Source: Bacteroidales bacterium UBA5429
GTDB lineage: Bacteria; Bacteroidota; Bacteroidia; Bacteroidales; WCHB1-69
DNA length: 64,000 bases
Assembly: GCA_002427605.1 (NCBI GenBank)
Contig: DIRT01000018.1
Coordinates: 1,386 to 65,385 of the forward strand
Direction: 5' to 3'
The number at the start of each line of letters is the position of its first letter. The stretch's first letter is position 1. Shown here one piece after another: positions 1-10,144 of the stretch. A program made the translations under genes and the position numbers. The notes under the pieces were generated by a model that was not told the origin of the DNA, ran no database searches, and saw only the letters and a program-made list of their open reading frames with translations.

Positions 1-163
1 AATTAAGCTAAAATACTGATAATTATGGAGATAGAATGATTTGAGTTTCTTGATGAAATATTTTTTCTTTACAACTATAATTCCAAAAATGGAATATTCG
101 GATAAAAATGGGGGCGTAGTAGGGTGATTTTGAGTCATAAAGTGTAATGAATCAATAGCATGA

Positions 164-181
164 TTAACAATCGATTGTTAA
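164..181. promoter_or_regulatory. Perfect 18-bp palindrome TTAACAATCGATTGTTAA upstream of the ddl operon; candidate operator
   Basis: Read directly from the sequence; lies about 70 bp upstream of the likely ddl ATG. Confidence 0.35.
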
Positions 182-251
182 AAAAATAGGTTGAATTTGA
201 AAGAATAATCATACTATTCCAATATCTTTGTACGTTAAATCTTATTGTATT

Positions 252-1232
252 ATGATAAAAGTTGCAATTTTTGCCGGAGGAACCTCCGGAGAACATGACA
301 TATCAGTTAAAACAGGGTTAAATATTGAGGCAACACTGGATAAAAATCAATTTATTCCTTACCTGATTTATGTAGAGGGTATAGATTGGATCTATCGGGA
401 TCCCAATGGAAACCAGTATAAGATTGATAAGGACCGATTTTGTTTGACCACACAAACAGAAGTCGTGTTTTTTGATGTGGTTTTTAATGCTATCCATGGA
501 GATCCCGGAGAGAACGGGAAACTCCAGTCTTACTTTGAGATGATGAACATCAAATACACCGGATGTGACAGCTTTGTCTCTGCTTTGACATTCAACAAGT
601 ATTTTTGCAATAGCATTGTTTCACAATGGGGAGTACCTATTGGCAAATCGTGTCATTTTTATCAGGGAGAGGAAATAGATTATGACGCGGTAGTTGAACA
701 ATGCGGTATGCCCTGTTTTGTGAAGCCTTGTAATTCAGGCTCCAGTGTGGGGGTGAATAAAGCTCATGACATAGAAGAACTCAAGCAATTTATTGAATTG
801 GCGTTCGAAGTAGATCATCAAATTATGATTGAGCAGTTTCTTCCGGGAAGAGAGATGACATGCGGAGTGACATTGTATCAAGAGAAGATCAGTGCTTTGG
901 CGGTATCTGAAATTCTTTCCAAAAAGGAATTTTATGACTTTGAAGCCAAATATACTCCCGGCTTTTTAGAGGTAGTAACACCGGCTGAGATAGATATTGA
1001 ATTAGAAAAAAAGATCAAAGAATATTCAGAATTGATTTATAAACGATTAGGATGTAAGGGTGTTGTGAGAATGGATTATATTGTTACACAGGATGGAACT
1101 CCCTATTTTTTAGAGATCAATACCATTCCGGGTCAGACAGCGGTAAGTTTAATTCCACGGCAATTGAAATATAATGGAATCGATTTGACCGATTTTTATG
1201 GATCTTTAATTATGGAAGCATTACATTCTTAA
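252..1232 (+). CDS. ddl: D-alanine--D-alanine ligase
   Basis: GGTSGEHDIS N-terminus, HGDPGENG, GSSVGV, FYDFEAKY omega loop, LEINTIPG. ATG at 252 preferred over the TTG at 228. Confidence 0.95.
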   Translation: MIKVAIFAGGTSGEHDISVKTGLNIEATLDKNQFIPYLIYVEGIDWIYRDPNGNQYKIDKDRFCLTTQTEVVFFDVVFNAIHGDPGENGKLQSYFEMMNIKYTGCDSFVSALTFNKYFCNSIVSQWGVPIGKSCHFYQGEEIDYDAVVEQCGMPCFVKPCNSGSSVGVNKAHDIEELKQFIELAFEVDHQIMIEQFLPGREMTCGVTLYQEKISALAVSEILSKKEFYDFEAKYTPGFLEVVTPAEIDIELEKKIKEYSELIYKRLGCKGVVRMDYIVTQDGTPYFLEINTIPGQTAVSLIPRQLKYNGIDLTDFYGSLIMEALHS

Positions 1233-1246
1233 TAAGTTTTTATAGT

Positions 1247-2284
1247 ATGAAGAGAGTAGTAGTTGTTGTTTTATTATTGTCGAATTTTTTTGTTACCTTT
1301 GCTCAGTATACAGAACAAGATATTAGAAACTATATTGAACAATATCAGGAATTGGCTATTCGCAAAATGTACGAATATCAGATCCCTGCCAGTATAACAA
1401 TGGCACAGGGTGTTTTTGAAAGTGCTTGTGGTACTAGTCGATTAGCCCGGGAAGGGAACAATCACTTTGGTATAAAATGTCACAAAGAGTGGGTTGGCGA
1501 TACCATCAAGGTTGATGACGATGCACTGCAAGAGTGTTTTAGAAGGTATGAAAAGGTTGAGGATTCCTACAATGATCATTCGCTTTTTTTAACCAGCAGA
1601 CCACGCTATGCCAATTTATTCACGCTGGATGTTATGGACTACAAAGCCTGGGCGAGAGGTCTAAAAGAAGCAGGTTATGCTACCAATCCTCAGTATGCAG
1701 ATCGATTAATCAGTTTAATTGAAAGATTCAATCTGGCCAGATTGGATACTTTGTATCAGGAAAGAAATGAAATAGGTTGGTTTGAACTTCATCAGGTGGA
1801 GGTGGATGATGAAGTAGATGATGGTCATGATGAGGTTTTAGAACAGGGAGAGGATCAGGTTATCCGATTCAGTGTGTATATTCCAAGAATTTCCAGATAT
1901 AAACAAGTAAGGTATCCTTTTTCAACCAGACCGGTGTATGAAAATAACAGAGTACTGTTCGTTGTCGCAAAAAAGGGAGATACTTATGCATCCATAGCTG
2001 CAGATATTCAAAGTGATGAACAACGGATACGTTACTATAATGATGTGCCGATAACCAAAGGTTTAGAGCCGGGTGAAATCGTTTATATTGAGCAAAAAAG
2101 AACTCGTGCCGGTCAGGCGACACATCGGGTTAATCCGGGTGAAACCCTGCATTTTATTTCTCAAAGATATGGAGTCAGGATTGCTTCTTTGATGAAATTG
2201 AACTCATTTTCAGAAAAAACGGTATTGGAACCCGGAATGATAGTGAATTTAAAAAAAGAGAGGTTTTCTATCTTTAAAAAATAG
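1247..2284 (+). CDS. GH73 glucosaminidase (peptidoglycan hydrolase) with C-terminal LysM domains
   Basis: Signal peptide; AQGVFESACG (catalytic Glu), NNHFGIKC, GYATNPQYA; LysM-like HRVNPGETLHFISQRYG. Confidence 0.9.
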   Translation: MKRVVVVVLLLSNFFVTFAQYTEQDIRNYIEQYQELAIRKMYEYQIPASITMAQGVFESACGTSRLAREGNNHFGIKCHKEWVGDTIKVDDDALQECFRRYEKVEDSYNDHSLFLTSRPRYANLFTLDVMDYKAWARGLKEAGYATNPQYADRLISLIERFNLARLDTLYQERNEIGWFELHQVEVDDEVDDGHDEVLEQGEDQVIRFSVYIPRISRYKQVRYPFSTRPVYENNRVLFVVAKKGDTYASIAADIQSDEQRIRYYNDVPITKGLEPGEIVYIEQKRTRAGQATHRVNPGETLHFISQRYGVRIASLMKLNSFSEKTVLEPGMIVNLKKERFSIFKK

Positions 2285-2301
2285 TAATAAAAAAGTGAGT
2301 T

Positions 2302-3444
2302 ATGAAAAGAATAATATTGTCTTTATTTGTATTGATTTTTATTCAATTCGGATTAATTGCTCAGCCGTTGAATCCTGAAGCTGTTCAATCCTATGTTGAT
2401 CAGTACTCAACAATTGCTATCGAAACCGGTAGAGATCATCATATTCCTTCCAGTATTTTATTGGCTCAGGCTATGATTTATACTCAAGCGGGGACCAATC
2501 ACCTGGCTCAGGTTGCCAATAATCATTTGGCGGTAACCTGTACAGCCGGAGATGTGGGTAATCGTTACCATCAGGACAATAACACACAAAATGTTTGTTT
2601 TCGTAAGTATGATCTGGTGAAAGATTCTTATACCGACTATGCATTAAGAATAAAAAAAAACAGCTTATATGATCCTCTTTTTGCATTATCGGAAACCGAT
2701 TACAGAGGATGGGCAGAGGGTTTACAACGAATCGGACACTCGCAACGGGCACAATATGGTGCTTCATTAATCTCTTTAATTGAAACATATCATTTGTATC
2801 GCTTTGATAAAGGTTATGAGCCGGTGGTGGAAGAAATGGAGACCAAAACTAAAGTGGAACAAAAGCAGAATCGAGAGGGGTTAAAAAATGACCAGGGAGG
2901 TGAGGCTGTCCTGCCCCCTGATTTTATTTCTTCAAAAAAAGAAGAACCAAAAGAAGTTGAAATGCAGATTCAAGTCGTGATTGACGATGAATTAATTCAA
3001 GAATATCAATTGGAAACGGTAGATACACCAAGTCAGAAACCGGTTCAGGCAAAAGTGTACACCATCACAGATCCCAGTGATTTAAAGGAGGTTTATTATC
3101 CCTATTCTGACCGTAAAGTGTATTCTAAAGATGGCTTAAAGTTCGTAATTGCCATCAAGGGAGATTCTTTTGCCAAGATTTCCAAGTCGGTACAGCTTCC
3201 GGAAACGCATTTGAGATTGTATAATGATATTTACGACTATAAATACCAACCGGTTGAGGGAGAAGTAGTTTACATTCAAAAAAAGAAAAAAAAGTGCAAA
3301 GTTGAGTTTCACACGATTGAATATGGGGAGTCATTGCGCTATATTTCTCAGTTGTACGGCATCAGATTGGAGAAAATATTGGATAAAAATGAAAGTAGCA
3401 ACATTGGTGTTGGCTATATTTTATGTATTTCTTGTAAAAAATAA
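2302..3444 (+). CDS. GH73-LysM paralog with degenerate catalytic motifs
   Basis: Same architecture as the upstream gene, but AQAMIYTQAG (Glu replaced by Tyr) and GHSQRAQY replace the catalytic motifs. Confidence 0.8.
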   Translation: MKRIILSLFVLIFIQFGLIAQPLNPEAVQSYVDQYSTIAIETGRDHHIPSSILLAQAMIYTQAGTNHLAQVANNHLAVTCTAGDVGNRYHQDNNTQNVCFRKYDLVKDSYTDYALRIKKNSLYDPLFALSETDYRGWAEGLQRIGHSQRAQYGASLISLIETYHLYRFDKGYEPVVEEMETKTKVEQKQNREGLKNDQGGEAVLPPDFISSKKEEPKEVEMQIQVVIDDELIQEYQLETVDTPSQKPVQAKVYTITDPSDLKEVYYPYSDRKVYSKDGLKFVIAIKGDSFAKISKSVQLPETHLRLYNDIYDYKYQPVEGEVVYIQKKKKKCKVEFHTIEYGESLRYISQLYGIRLEKILDKNESSNIGVGYILCISCKK

Positions 3445-3447
3445 AGT

Positions 3448-4410
3448 ATGGCAAAAACTTTCTATTATTTTAATCCATCAACACTTTCCTTTGAAAAAGC
3501 GGAGTTTAAGTTCAAAGATTTCATCAAAAGAACCCTTTGGCTAATTGCTACTGCGCTCGCTTTTGCATTGGTGTTTGTTTGGATCTCTTTTTATGTCATC
3601 GACTCACCCAAAGAGAGGATGCTGCAAAGAGAAAATAATGAGTTAAAGCAACAGTTAAAACAAACTGCCAAAAAAATAAATATGCTTGAAATTGTTCTTC
3701 AGGATATTCAAGACCGTGATGATCAAGTATATAGATCAATTTTTGAGGCGGAACCGGTACCGATTGAGCTCCGTAATCCTGTATTGAGTCAAAACAGGAA
3801 ATATGAATATATTGCTGAGGAAGAAACCATCGAATTGCTGAATATTATTTCGGAAAAGGTCGATTTATTGACGCTTCAAGTTGCTTTGGAGAAAAAGTCC
3901 TTGGATACGGTCATGTCGATGGTTAAGAATAAAAGTGACATGTTGCAGGCGATACCTGCAATTCGTCCGATTAAGAATATGTACAATGTAACATCCGGTT
4001 TTGGAAGACGTTTTCACCCTATTTTAAAGATACTCCGAATGCATACCGGAATTGATATTGCAGCACCACGGGGTACGCCGGTGTATGCCACGGCAGATGG
4101 TGTGGTTTCGAGAGAAGCAGCAGGTTCGGGGTATGGGATTACAGTGATCTTGAATCACGGCTACTCCTACAAAACAGTATATGCACACTTGTCTAAAAGA
4201 GCAGTGAGACCGGGACAAAAAGTAAAAAGGGGGGAAATCATTGGCTATGTTGGAAATACGGGTCTCTCTATGGGTTCTCACTTGCATTATGAGGTTTTGA
4301 AAGGTGGAGTTCCCGTTAATCCGGTTCACTATTTCTTCAGCGATATTACCCCTCAGGAGTATGAAGCGATATTAGAATCATCCAAAAAAATTAATCAAGC
4401 ACTTTCTTAA
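3448..4410 (+). CDS. M23 family metallopeptidase
   Basis: N-terminal TM helix and coiled coil; HTGID and HLHYE zinc motifs. Confidence 0.92.
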   Translation: MAKTFYYFNPSTLSFEKAEFKFKDFIKRTLWLIATALAFALVFVWISFYVIDSPKERMLQRENNELKQQLKQTAKKINMLEIVLQDIQDRDDQVYRSIFEAEPVPIELRNPVLSQNRKYEYIAEEETIELLNIISEKVDLLTLQVALEKKSLDTVMSMVKNKSDMLQAIPAIRPIKNMYNVTSGFGRRFHPILKILRMHTGIDIAAPRGTPVYATADGVVSREAAGSGYGITVILNHGYSYKTVYAHLSKRAVRPGQKVKRGEIIGYVGNTGLSMGSHLHYEVLKGGVPVNPVHYFFSDITPQEYEAILESSKKINQALS

Positions 4411-4419
4411 ATTGGGATT

Positions 4420-5322
4420 ATGAAATTTAGATTTAGACATATCAAGAAAGCCTGGGGTGCTATAAGAAGGAATTGGAAAGTCAATCATAGATTGGTCATT
4501 TTGGATGAATCGACACATGCACGTGTGTTTGATTTTAAACTGAATCCCAGAACTCTTTTCGTTGTAGTCATATTGGCAGCGTTTTTTTTGATTTCTTTAA
4601 CTACAGTGCTGATTGCTTTTACACCATTGCGAGTGTATGTTCCGGGGTATACCAATCCCGATGAGTATAGAACCTACAAGAAAATGGCATATCGTGTTGA
4701 TTCTTTGGAGATCCTTTTGCGACAAAATCAGCTATACCTTGACAATTTCGTTAATGTCATGAATGATCATGTTGATGTGGTTGAAGTTGAAGAGGAAGCG
4801 GAAAAAGTAGAACCACATTTGAAAGTTTCTCAAAAACAGCTGGACAAAGCATCGGCTCAATTGGAACAGGAAGTTGAGCAGATACTCATGGAAATCAGTG
4901 ACAAAAGTACAAGATCATCTATTCCAATCAGTCAAAAGGCTTCGATTGCTTCTTTGATGATCAGTCCACCCTCTATGGGAGTTGTCACAAGACCTTATTC
5001 GCCTACAGAGGAACATTATGGGATAGATATTTACAATACGGTAGGAACGATCATCAGTTCAGTGGCAGATGGTAAAGTATTGCTCACCGGTTATTCTCCG
5101 GAGGATGGATACTATATCATAATTCAACATCCGGGAGAGATTATTTCGATTTACAAAAGTGTAGAATCCATTTTAAAACGAAGAGGGGATCCTGTAACTA
5201 TCGGCGAACCTATCGCTTTAATGGGGAAGAGCGGACCGGAATCCAAAATGCCCCATTTGCACTTCGAACTGTGGTTTCATGGAGTTCCCATTAATCCTTT
5301 GGAGTATTTATCGATCAATTAA
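4420..5322 (+). CDS. M23 family metallopeptidase
   Basis: TM helix; HYGID and HLHFE motifs; C-terminal PINP. Confidence 0.88.
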   Translation: MKFRFRHIKKAWGAIRRNWKVNHRLVILDESTHARVFDFKLNPRTLFVVVILAAFFLISLTTVLIAFTPLRVYVPGYTNPDEYRTYKKMAYRVDSLEILLRQNQLYLDNFVNVMNDHVDVVEVEEEAEKVEPHLKVSQKQLDKASAQLEQEVEQILMEISDKSTRSSIPISQKASIASLMISPPSMGVVTRPYSPTEEHYGIDIYNTVGTIISSVADGKVLLTGYSPEDGYYIIIQHPGEIISIYKSVESILKRRGDPVTIGEPIALMGKSGPESKMPHLHFELWFHGVPINPLEYLSIN

Positions 5323-5330
5323 AATAGATT

Positions 5331-6305
5331 ATGGAAAAAACAATCATTATAGATCCAACCATTGTATTGAGTATTTTCGGCAGAAACAATGCTCATATTA
5401 ATCTATTATCCGCAATCTATCCCAAAATTAAGATTACCGCTCGCGGTAATGAAATCAAATTGATCGGCGAGGAGAAAGAGATTGAAAATGTCGAAAAGAA
5501 GATTGAACTGTTGATCATTCATTTTGAAAAATTTGGAACCATTAACGAGAATGATATTCTCAATATCACTTCATCAGATGAGTACGCTTTTTATCAATTT
5601 GACAAAAATAGTATTGTTGACGACGTGATTTTACACGGAAGGGAAGGAAGATTAATCAAGGCGATTACGCCCAATCAGAAAAGAATGGTTGAGAGTTCTC
5701 AAGTTAATGACATTGTTTTTGCGATTGGTCCTGCCGGTACGGGAAAGACCTATACTGCTGTAGCATTGGCAGTTAGGGCATTGAAAAACAAGCAGATTCG
5801 CAGAATTATTCTAACCCGTCCCGCAGTGGAAGCAGGAGAAAATCTGGGATTTTTGCCCGGCGATTTGAGAGATAAGTTAGACCCTTACTTACAACCTTTG
5901 TATGATGCTTTGTGGGATATGATGCCCATGTCCAAACTGTTGAGTTATATAGAAGACAAAACCATTGAGATTGCGCCGTTGGCCTTTATGCGCGGTAGAA
6001 CCCTGGATAATGCCTATGTAATTCTTGATGAAGCACAAAATGCGACAGAAGGGCAGATCAAGATGTTCTTAACGAGAATGGGAAAAAATGCCAAGTTGTT
6101 CATTACCGGGGACTTAACCCAAATAGACCTTCCAAGAAATCAACAATCCGGTTTGGTGAAAGCTTGTAAAATATTGGAAAACATCAAGGGAATCGATTTT
6201 ATATTTATGAAAAAAGTGGATGTAGTGAGACACCCGCTGGTGACAAAAATTATTGATGCTTTTGAAGAATGGTCACACAAAGAGGAGAAAAAGGAAGATC
6301 AATGA
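5331..6305 (+). CDS. phoH: PhoH family ATPase
   Basis: GPAGTGKT, RPAVEAGENLGFLPG, FMRGRT, DEAQN, GDLTQIDLP. Confidence 0.95.
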   Translation: MEKTIIIDPTIVLSIFGRNNAHINLLSAIYPKIKITARGNEIKLIGEEKEIENVEKKIELLIIHFEKFGTINENDILNITSSDEYAFYQFDKNSIVDDVILHGREGRLIKAITPNQKRMVESSQVNDIVFAIGPAGTGKTYTAVALAVRALKNKQIRRIILTRPAVEAGENLGFLPGDLRDKLDPYLQPLYDALWDMMPMSKLLSYIEDKTIEIAPLAFMRGRTLDNAYVILDEAQNATEGQIKMFLTRMGKNAKLFITGDLTQIDLPRNQQSGLVKACKILENIKGIDFIFMKKVDVVRHPLVTKIIDAFEEWSHKEEKKEDQ

Positions 6306-7357
6306 GAGGGAGACGGTTATTATTGCCTTTTAGCTGGATATACGCTGCAATTGTAGGAATTCGACGTTGGTTATACCGAAAGGGATGGATCTCATCCGCT
6401 TCATTTCCGGTTACAACCATTTGTGTAGGGAATTTAAAAGTTGGGGGAACCGGAAAAACCCCTCTGATTGAATATTTAGTGAAACTCACTTCTCCACATT
6501 ATAAAATTGCCATTTTGAGCAGAGGATATAGAAGGAAAAGTAAAGGGTATAATTTGTCCAATCAGCTGGCAGAAAATGAAAAGAATAGCGATATGTTGGG
6601 GGATGAACCTTTGCAATATGTTACTAAATTTACTTCTATACCGGTAGCGGTATCGGAAAAGAGAGCTGTTGGAATTCAAAGATTGCTGGAAACCTATCCG
6701 GACCTGGATCTTATTTTGCTGGATGATGCATTTCAGCATCTGGCAGTGAACTATTCCCATAAAATTCTCTTAACTGAGTACGATGACCTTTATATCAACG
6801 ATGTTCCGTTTCCTGCCGGAAATTTGAGAGAATCACGAAGGGCTGCCCGCCATGCGGATATGGTGGTGGTAACCAAATCTCCACAAAATATGGATAAAGT
6901 ACAAGCATCGGTGGTTGAAGAGAAATTGAAACTCAAATCGAATCAGTTGTTGTTCTTTTCAACTATTCAATATAACCCGTTAATTCCTTTAACAGAGAGT
7001 GCCGATAATGTAAAAATGGATACGATTAAGGAAGTGGTTGTTGTAACAGGTATCGCCAATTCAAGAAACTTATTGAAATACCTGGAAAATTCATTTTCAA
7101 AAATCGTATTGTTTGATTTTCCGGATCACTACATATACACCGAAAAGGATCTGGAAAAGATCTGTAATTTCTACCAAAAATCATGCAATAAAAACGCAAT
7201 TATCGTCACAACTGAGAAAGATTGGATGAGGTTGAAGGGAATTCAACAAAATTGTTTATCTTTGCTCCCGCTCTTTTTACAGCCGATAGAGGTTAAGATT
7301 GTGTACGAAGAGGAACTATTTAAATCAAAAATTGAAGAATATGTACGAAAAAATTAA
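6302..7357 (+). CDS. lpxK: Tetraacyldisaccharide 4'-kinase
   Basis: VGNLKVGGTGKTP, LSRGY, GDEP, LDDAFQH, TTEKD; ATGA overlap with the phoH stop. Confidence 0.93.
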   Translation: MRGRRLLLPFSWIYAAIVGIRRWLYRKGWISSASFPVTTICVGNLKVGGTGKTPLIEYLVKLTSPHYKIAILSRGYRRKSKGYNLSNQLAENEKNSDMLGDEPLQYVTKFTSIPVAVSEKRAVGIQRLLETYPDLDLILLDDAFQHLAVNYSHKILLTEYDDLYINDVPFPAGNLRESRRAARHADMVVVTKSPQNMDKVQASVVEEKLKLKSNQLLFFSTIQYNPLIPLTESADNVKMDTIKEVVVVTGIANSRNLLKYLENSFSKIVLFDFPDHYIYTEKDLEKICNFYQKSCNKNAIIVTTEKDWMRLKGIQQNCLSLLPLFLQPIEVKIVYEEELFKSKIEEYVRKN

Positions 7358-8153
7358 AGAAAGTGTAAGTTTTTTAAAACCACAATATCATACTCATCCC
7401 AAGATTGCAATTATTTTAGGTTCAGGATTGGGCGGTTTGGTTGATCATCTTGATATCGAAGTGGAGATTCCCTACGCTGAAATTCCACATTTTCCGGTGT
7501 CCACTGTCAAAGGGCACAGAGGCAGTTTGGTTTTTGGAAAAATGAACGGAGTGGATATTGTTGTGCTTTCCGGTAGATTTCACTACTACGAAGGCTATAC
7601 TATGAAAGAGGTAACATATCCCATCCAGGTTTTGAAAGAGATGGGCGTTGAAATATTGATTCTGTCCAATGCTGCCGGAGGAATGAATCCTTCTTTCAAG
7701 GTGGGCGATATCATGATTATTAAAGATCATATCAACATGATGGGTGATAATCCTCTCTTAGGTCCTAACGATGACCGCATGGGAGTTCGTTTTCTGGATA
7801 TGAGTGAACCCTATTCGAAAAGAATCCAAAAAATTGCATTTGAAACCGGACAAACGCTACAACTCCATCTACAACAGGGCGTTTATGTAGGAGTTTCAGG
7901 TCCTTGTTTTGAAACGCCTGCCGAGTATAAAGCTTTTTATATTTTAGGAGGAGATGCAGTCGGCATGTCCACCGTTCCGGAAGCTATAGTTGCCCGTCAC
8001 AGAAAGATGGAAGTGTTTGCTTTGTCTGTAATTACCGATTTGGGTGTTGTGGGACAAGTAGAAAAAGTATCCCATGAAGAGGTGTTAATAGCCGCCAAAG
8101 AAGCCGGACCCAGAATGGTTGATTTGGTGTATAATATGTTGCCTCAATTATAG
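7341..8153 (+). CDS. punA: Purine nucleoside phosphorylase (trimeric type)
   Basis: LGSGLGG, GRFHYYEG, SNAAGG, GPCFETPAE, VGMSTVPE. Confidence 0.93.
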   Translation: MYEKIKESVSFLKPQYHTHPKIAIILGSGLGGLVDHLDIEVEIPYAEIPHFPVSTVKGHRGSLVFGKMNGVDIVVLSGRFHYYEGYTMKEVTYPIQVLKEMGVEILILSNAAGGMNPSFKVGDIMIIKDHINMMGDNPLLGPNDDRMGVRFLDMSEPYSKRIQKIAFETGQTLQLHLQQGVYVGVSGPCFETPAEYKAFYILGGDAVGMSTVPEAIVARHRKMEVFALSVITDLGVVGQVEKVSHEEVLIAAKEAGPRMVDLVYNMLPQL

Positions 8154-8563
8154 ATTCGCAATCGAAAACCATCAAAGGCTGTACGATAAGTATATAACGG
8201 ATTGACTGCCGGTCCGTTGACTATATTTCCGTCCAAAATATTGAATCGGGAGCCACAAAGTGTACATTGAAGGGTGAGTCCGCTCTCTTCAACCCAAATC
8301 CATGAATCCGGATGCCTCCAGTCGTGGGGACAAGCCCTGTCATAACATACGAACCAATCCTCCGAAACCCGGTAAACCACCAATCCATTCACCCCTCCGG
8401 TCAAATAAACGTAACCCCCGTAATTGAGCAGGTTTTGATACCGAATATCATCGAGGTAAATATAAAAATCGACCTTTCGCGTTGGAATTGTGGGATGAAC
8501 ATACTCTCCACAAGAGTTCAAAAGGAACAAAAAAGCGAAAAAAGGCAGCAATTTTTTCATCAT
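8144..8563 (-). CDS. Rieske-like lipoprotein (CxH...CxxC)
   Basis: Lipobox LLNSC; DRACPH and CTLCGSRF; GPA..PL..Y tail typical of the Rieske fold. Confidence 0.7.
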   Translation of the reverse strand: MMKKLLPFFAFLFLLNSCGEYVHPTIPTRKVDFYIYLDDIRYQNLLNYGGYVYLTGGVNGLVVYRVSEDWFVCYDRACPHDWRHPDSWIWVEESGLTLQCTLCGSRFNILDGNIVNGPAVNPLYTYRTAFDGFRLRIYN

Positions 8564-8670
8564 CAAAAGGATTATCCAATTATAACGTGTTTCGTTCAAC
8601 TTTTATTTTCTTTTTTGGCCGAATCTATCGAAAATAGTTATATCTTTGAGAGTTGATTTTTTAGTTGTTT

Positions 8671-8797
8671 TTTTTGGAAATAAAAAAATTAGGGGGCAGA
8701 GGGTTCACTACGCTGTAGATGTTTTTTCACCCCACTCGGAAACATTAAACGCTTTGGATATGCAGGATCAATTACGAATTACGAATTACGAATTACG
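8671..8797 (+). repeat. Dispersed G-run/C-run element, copy A, ending in (AATTACG)x4
   Basis: TTTGGAAATAAAAAAATTAGGGGGCAG...CACCCCACTCGGAAAC...GATCAATTACG repeats; homologous to copies B-F. Confidence 0.8.
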
Positions 8798-8825
8798 GAA
8801 TCGGGATTAATTAGAAACAAACGAC

Positions 8826-9791
8826 ATGAAAAGAGTTTTATTTATAGCAGCATTGATTCTTTCATCATTGAGTTTGTTGAGTCAAACTTATATGCCGTTT
8901 TTTGCGGATACCAATAAATATAATCTTGTTCATGCCATAACTTCTAAAAATGATCTGACGGGAGATCCTTTTACAGGCAGTATAGCGACTTATGTTTACA
9001 CTATTACAAAAACAAATCAACTTACTTTTAATGAAAAAACTTATTATGTGGTACAATCCAGCTATACTCCGGGATATTTGGATGATGAGGTTTTAATAGT
9101 AAGAGAGGATACCACAGGTAAAATTTTTCGTTATTATCCTTCCATTGAGGATGAGATTTTGATTTGTGATATGTCATTAAATCAGGGAGATACTTTTCAA
9201 TTACCTACTTTGGGAGAATGGACATCCATGGAGACTTATTATGTTGAAGAAGGCTATATACTTGTTGTTGATAGTGTAACTTATGAGGATGGAAGAAAAA
9301 TCATTCACTTTCCTGATATTGATTTTAGTATCGGGTTCTCTTTTTTTTATATCGGACTTTTTTCTGACTATAATGTTGGTTTGAAATTTATTGAAGGGAT
9401 AGGTCCGACTTATGGTCCATTCGGCTATATCACTATGTCGGAGAATTTTTTACCATTACTTCTTTGCTCCACTCAAAATGGGCAATTGGAATATATGCTT
9501 CATGATAGTCTGGGTTGCTATCAGGACAATCATGTTGGCATACCGGATGTAGAGAACATAAAATTCACTTTATATCCCAACCCTTCCGATGGATTCATAC
9601 ATCTCGATTTGGAGGAAAATTGCACAGATTATTATGTAGAGGTGTTTAATCTGTTGGGCGTTTCAGTCTATTCAACAACAATTTCCGAAAGCATGACCAT
9701 TGATTTGTCGAATAATCCTGCAGGAATCTATTTTTTGTCGCTCCGAAACAAAGAAGCGGTGTTAGGGGTTAAGAAGGTGATAATCAAGTGA
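8826..9791 (+). CDS. Secreted protein with T9SS C-terminal sorting domain
   Basis: Signal peptide; C-terminal LYPNPS...GIYFL...KKVIIK; IEGIG motif. Confidence 0.85.
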   Translation: MKRVLFIAALILSSLSLLSQTYMPFFADTNKYNLVHAITSKNDLTGDPFTGSIATYVYTITKTNQLTFNEKTYYVVQSSYTPGYLDDEVLIVREDTTGKIFRYYPSIEDEILICDMSLNQGDTFQLPTLGEWTSMETYYVEEGYILVVDSVTYEDGRKIIHFPDIDFSIGFSFFYIGLFSDYNVGLKFIEGIGPTYGPFGYITMSENFLPLLLCSTQNGQLEYMLHDSLGCYQDNHVGIPDVENIKFTLYPNPSDGFIHLDLEENCTDYYVEVFNLLGVSVYSTTISESMTIDLSNNPAGIYFLSLRNKEAVLGVKKVIIK

Positions 9792-10020
9792 TTTTTTCAA
9801 TTACGAATTACGGATTACGATTTTACAAGGTAGAAGGTAGAGGGTAGAAGGTAGAATGATTTTGTATTTATTTGAATATCAGAAAGATATGATAAATGGT
9901 TTTCAATTCTCAATTTTCAATACTTTTGCCTTCCGACTTTCGACTTTTTCTCATTCCGCTTTCCCCCTTCAACCTTCCGCCTTTAATTCTATCTTCTACC
10001 TTCTTATTTCTACCTTCAAA

Positions 10021-10125
10021 TAATGGGGGGCAGCATAGATTTTCCTCCTTTGTTATTTTAACTCCCCTCCTCGGGGAAGGAGGGGAGCCCGAAGGGCGGG
10101 GTGGTTATTCCCCACTCTGGAATGT
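10021..10125 (+). repeat. Dispersed element copy B, with a nested REP-like hairpin insert
   Basis: TAATGGGGGGCAG...TTTGTTATTTTA[insert 10061-10103]TTATTCCCCACTCTGGAATGT. Confidence 0.75.
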
Positions 10126-10144
10126 TGTTCCTTGTGGGAAAATG

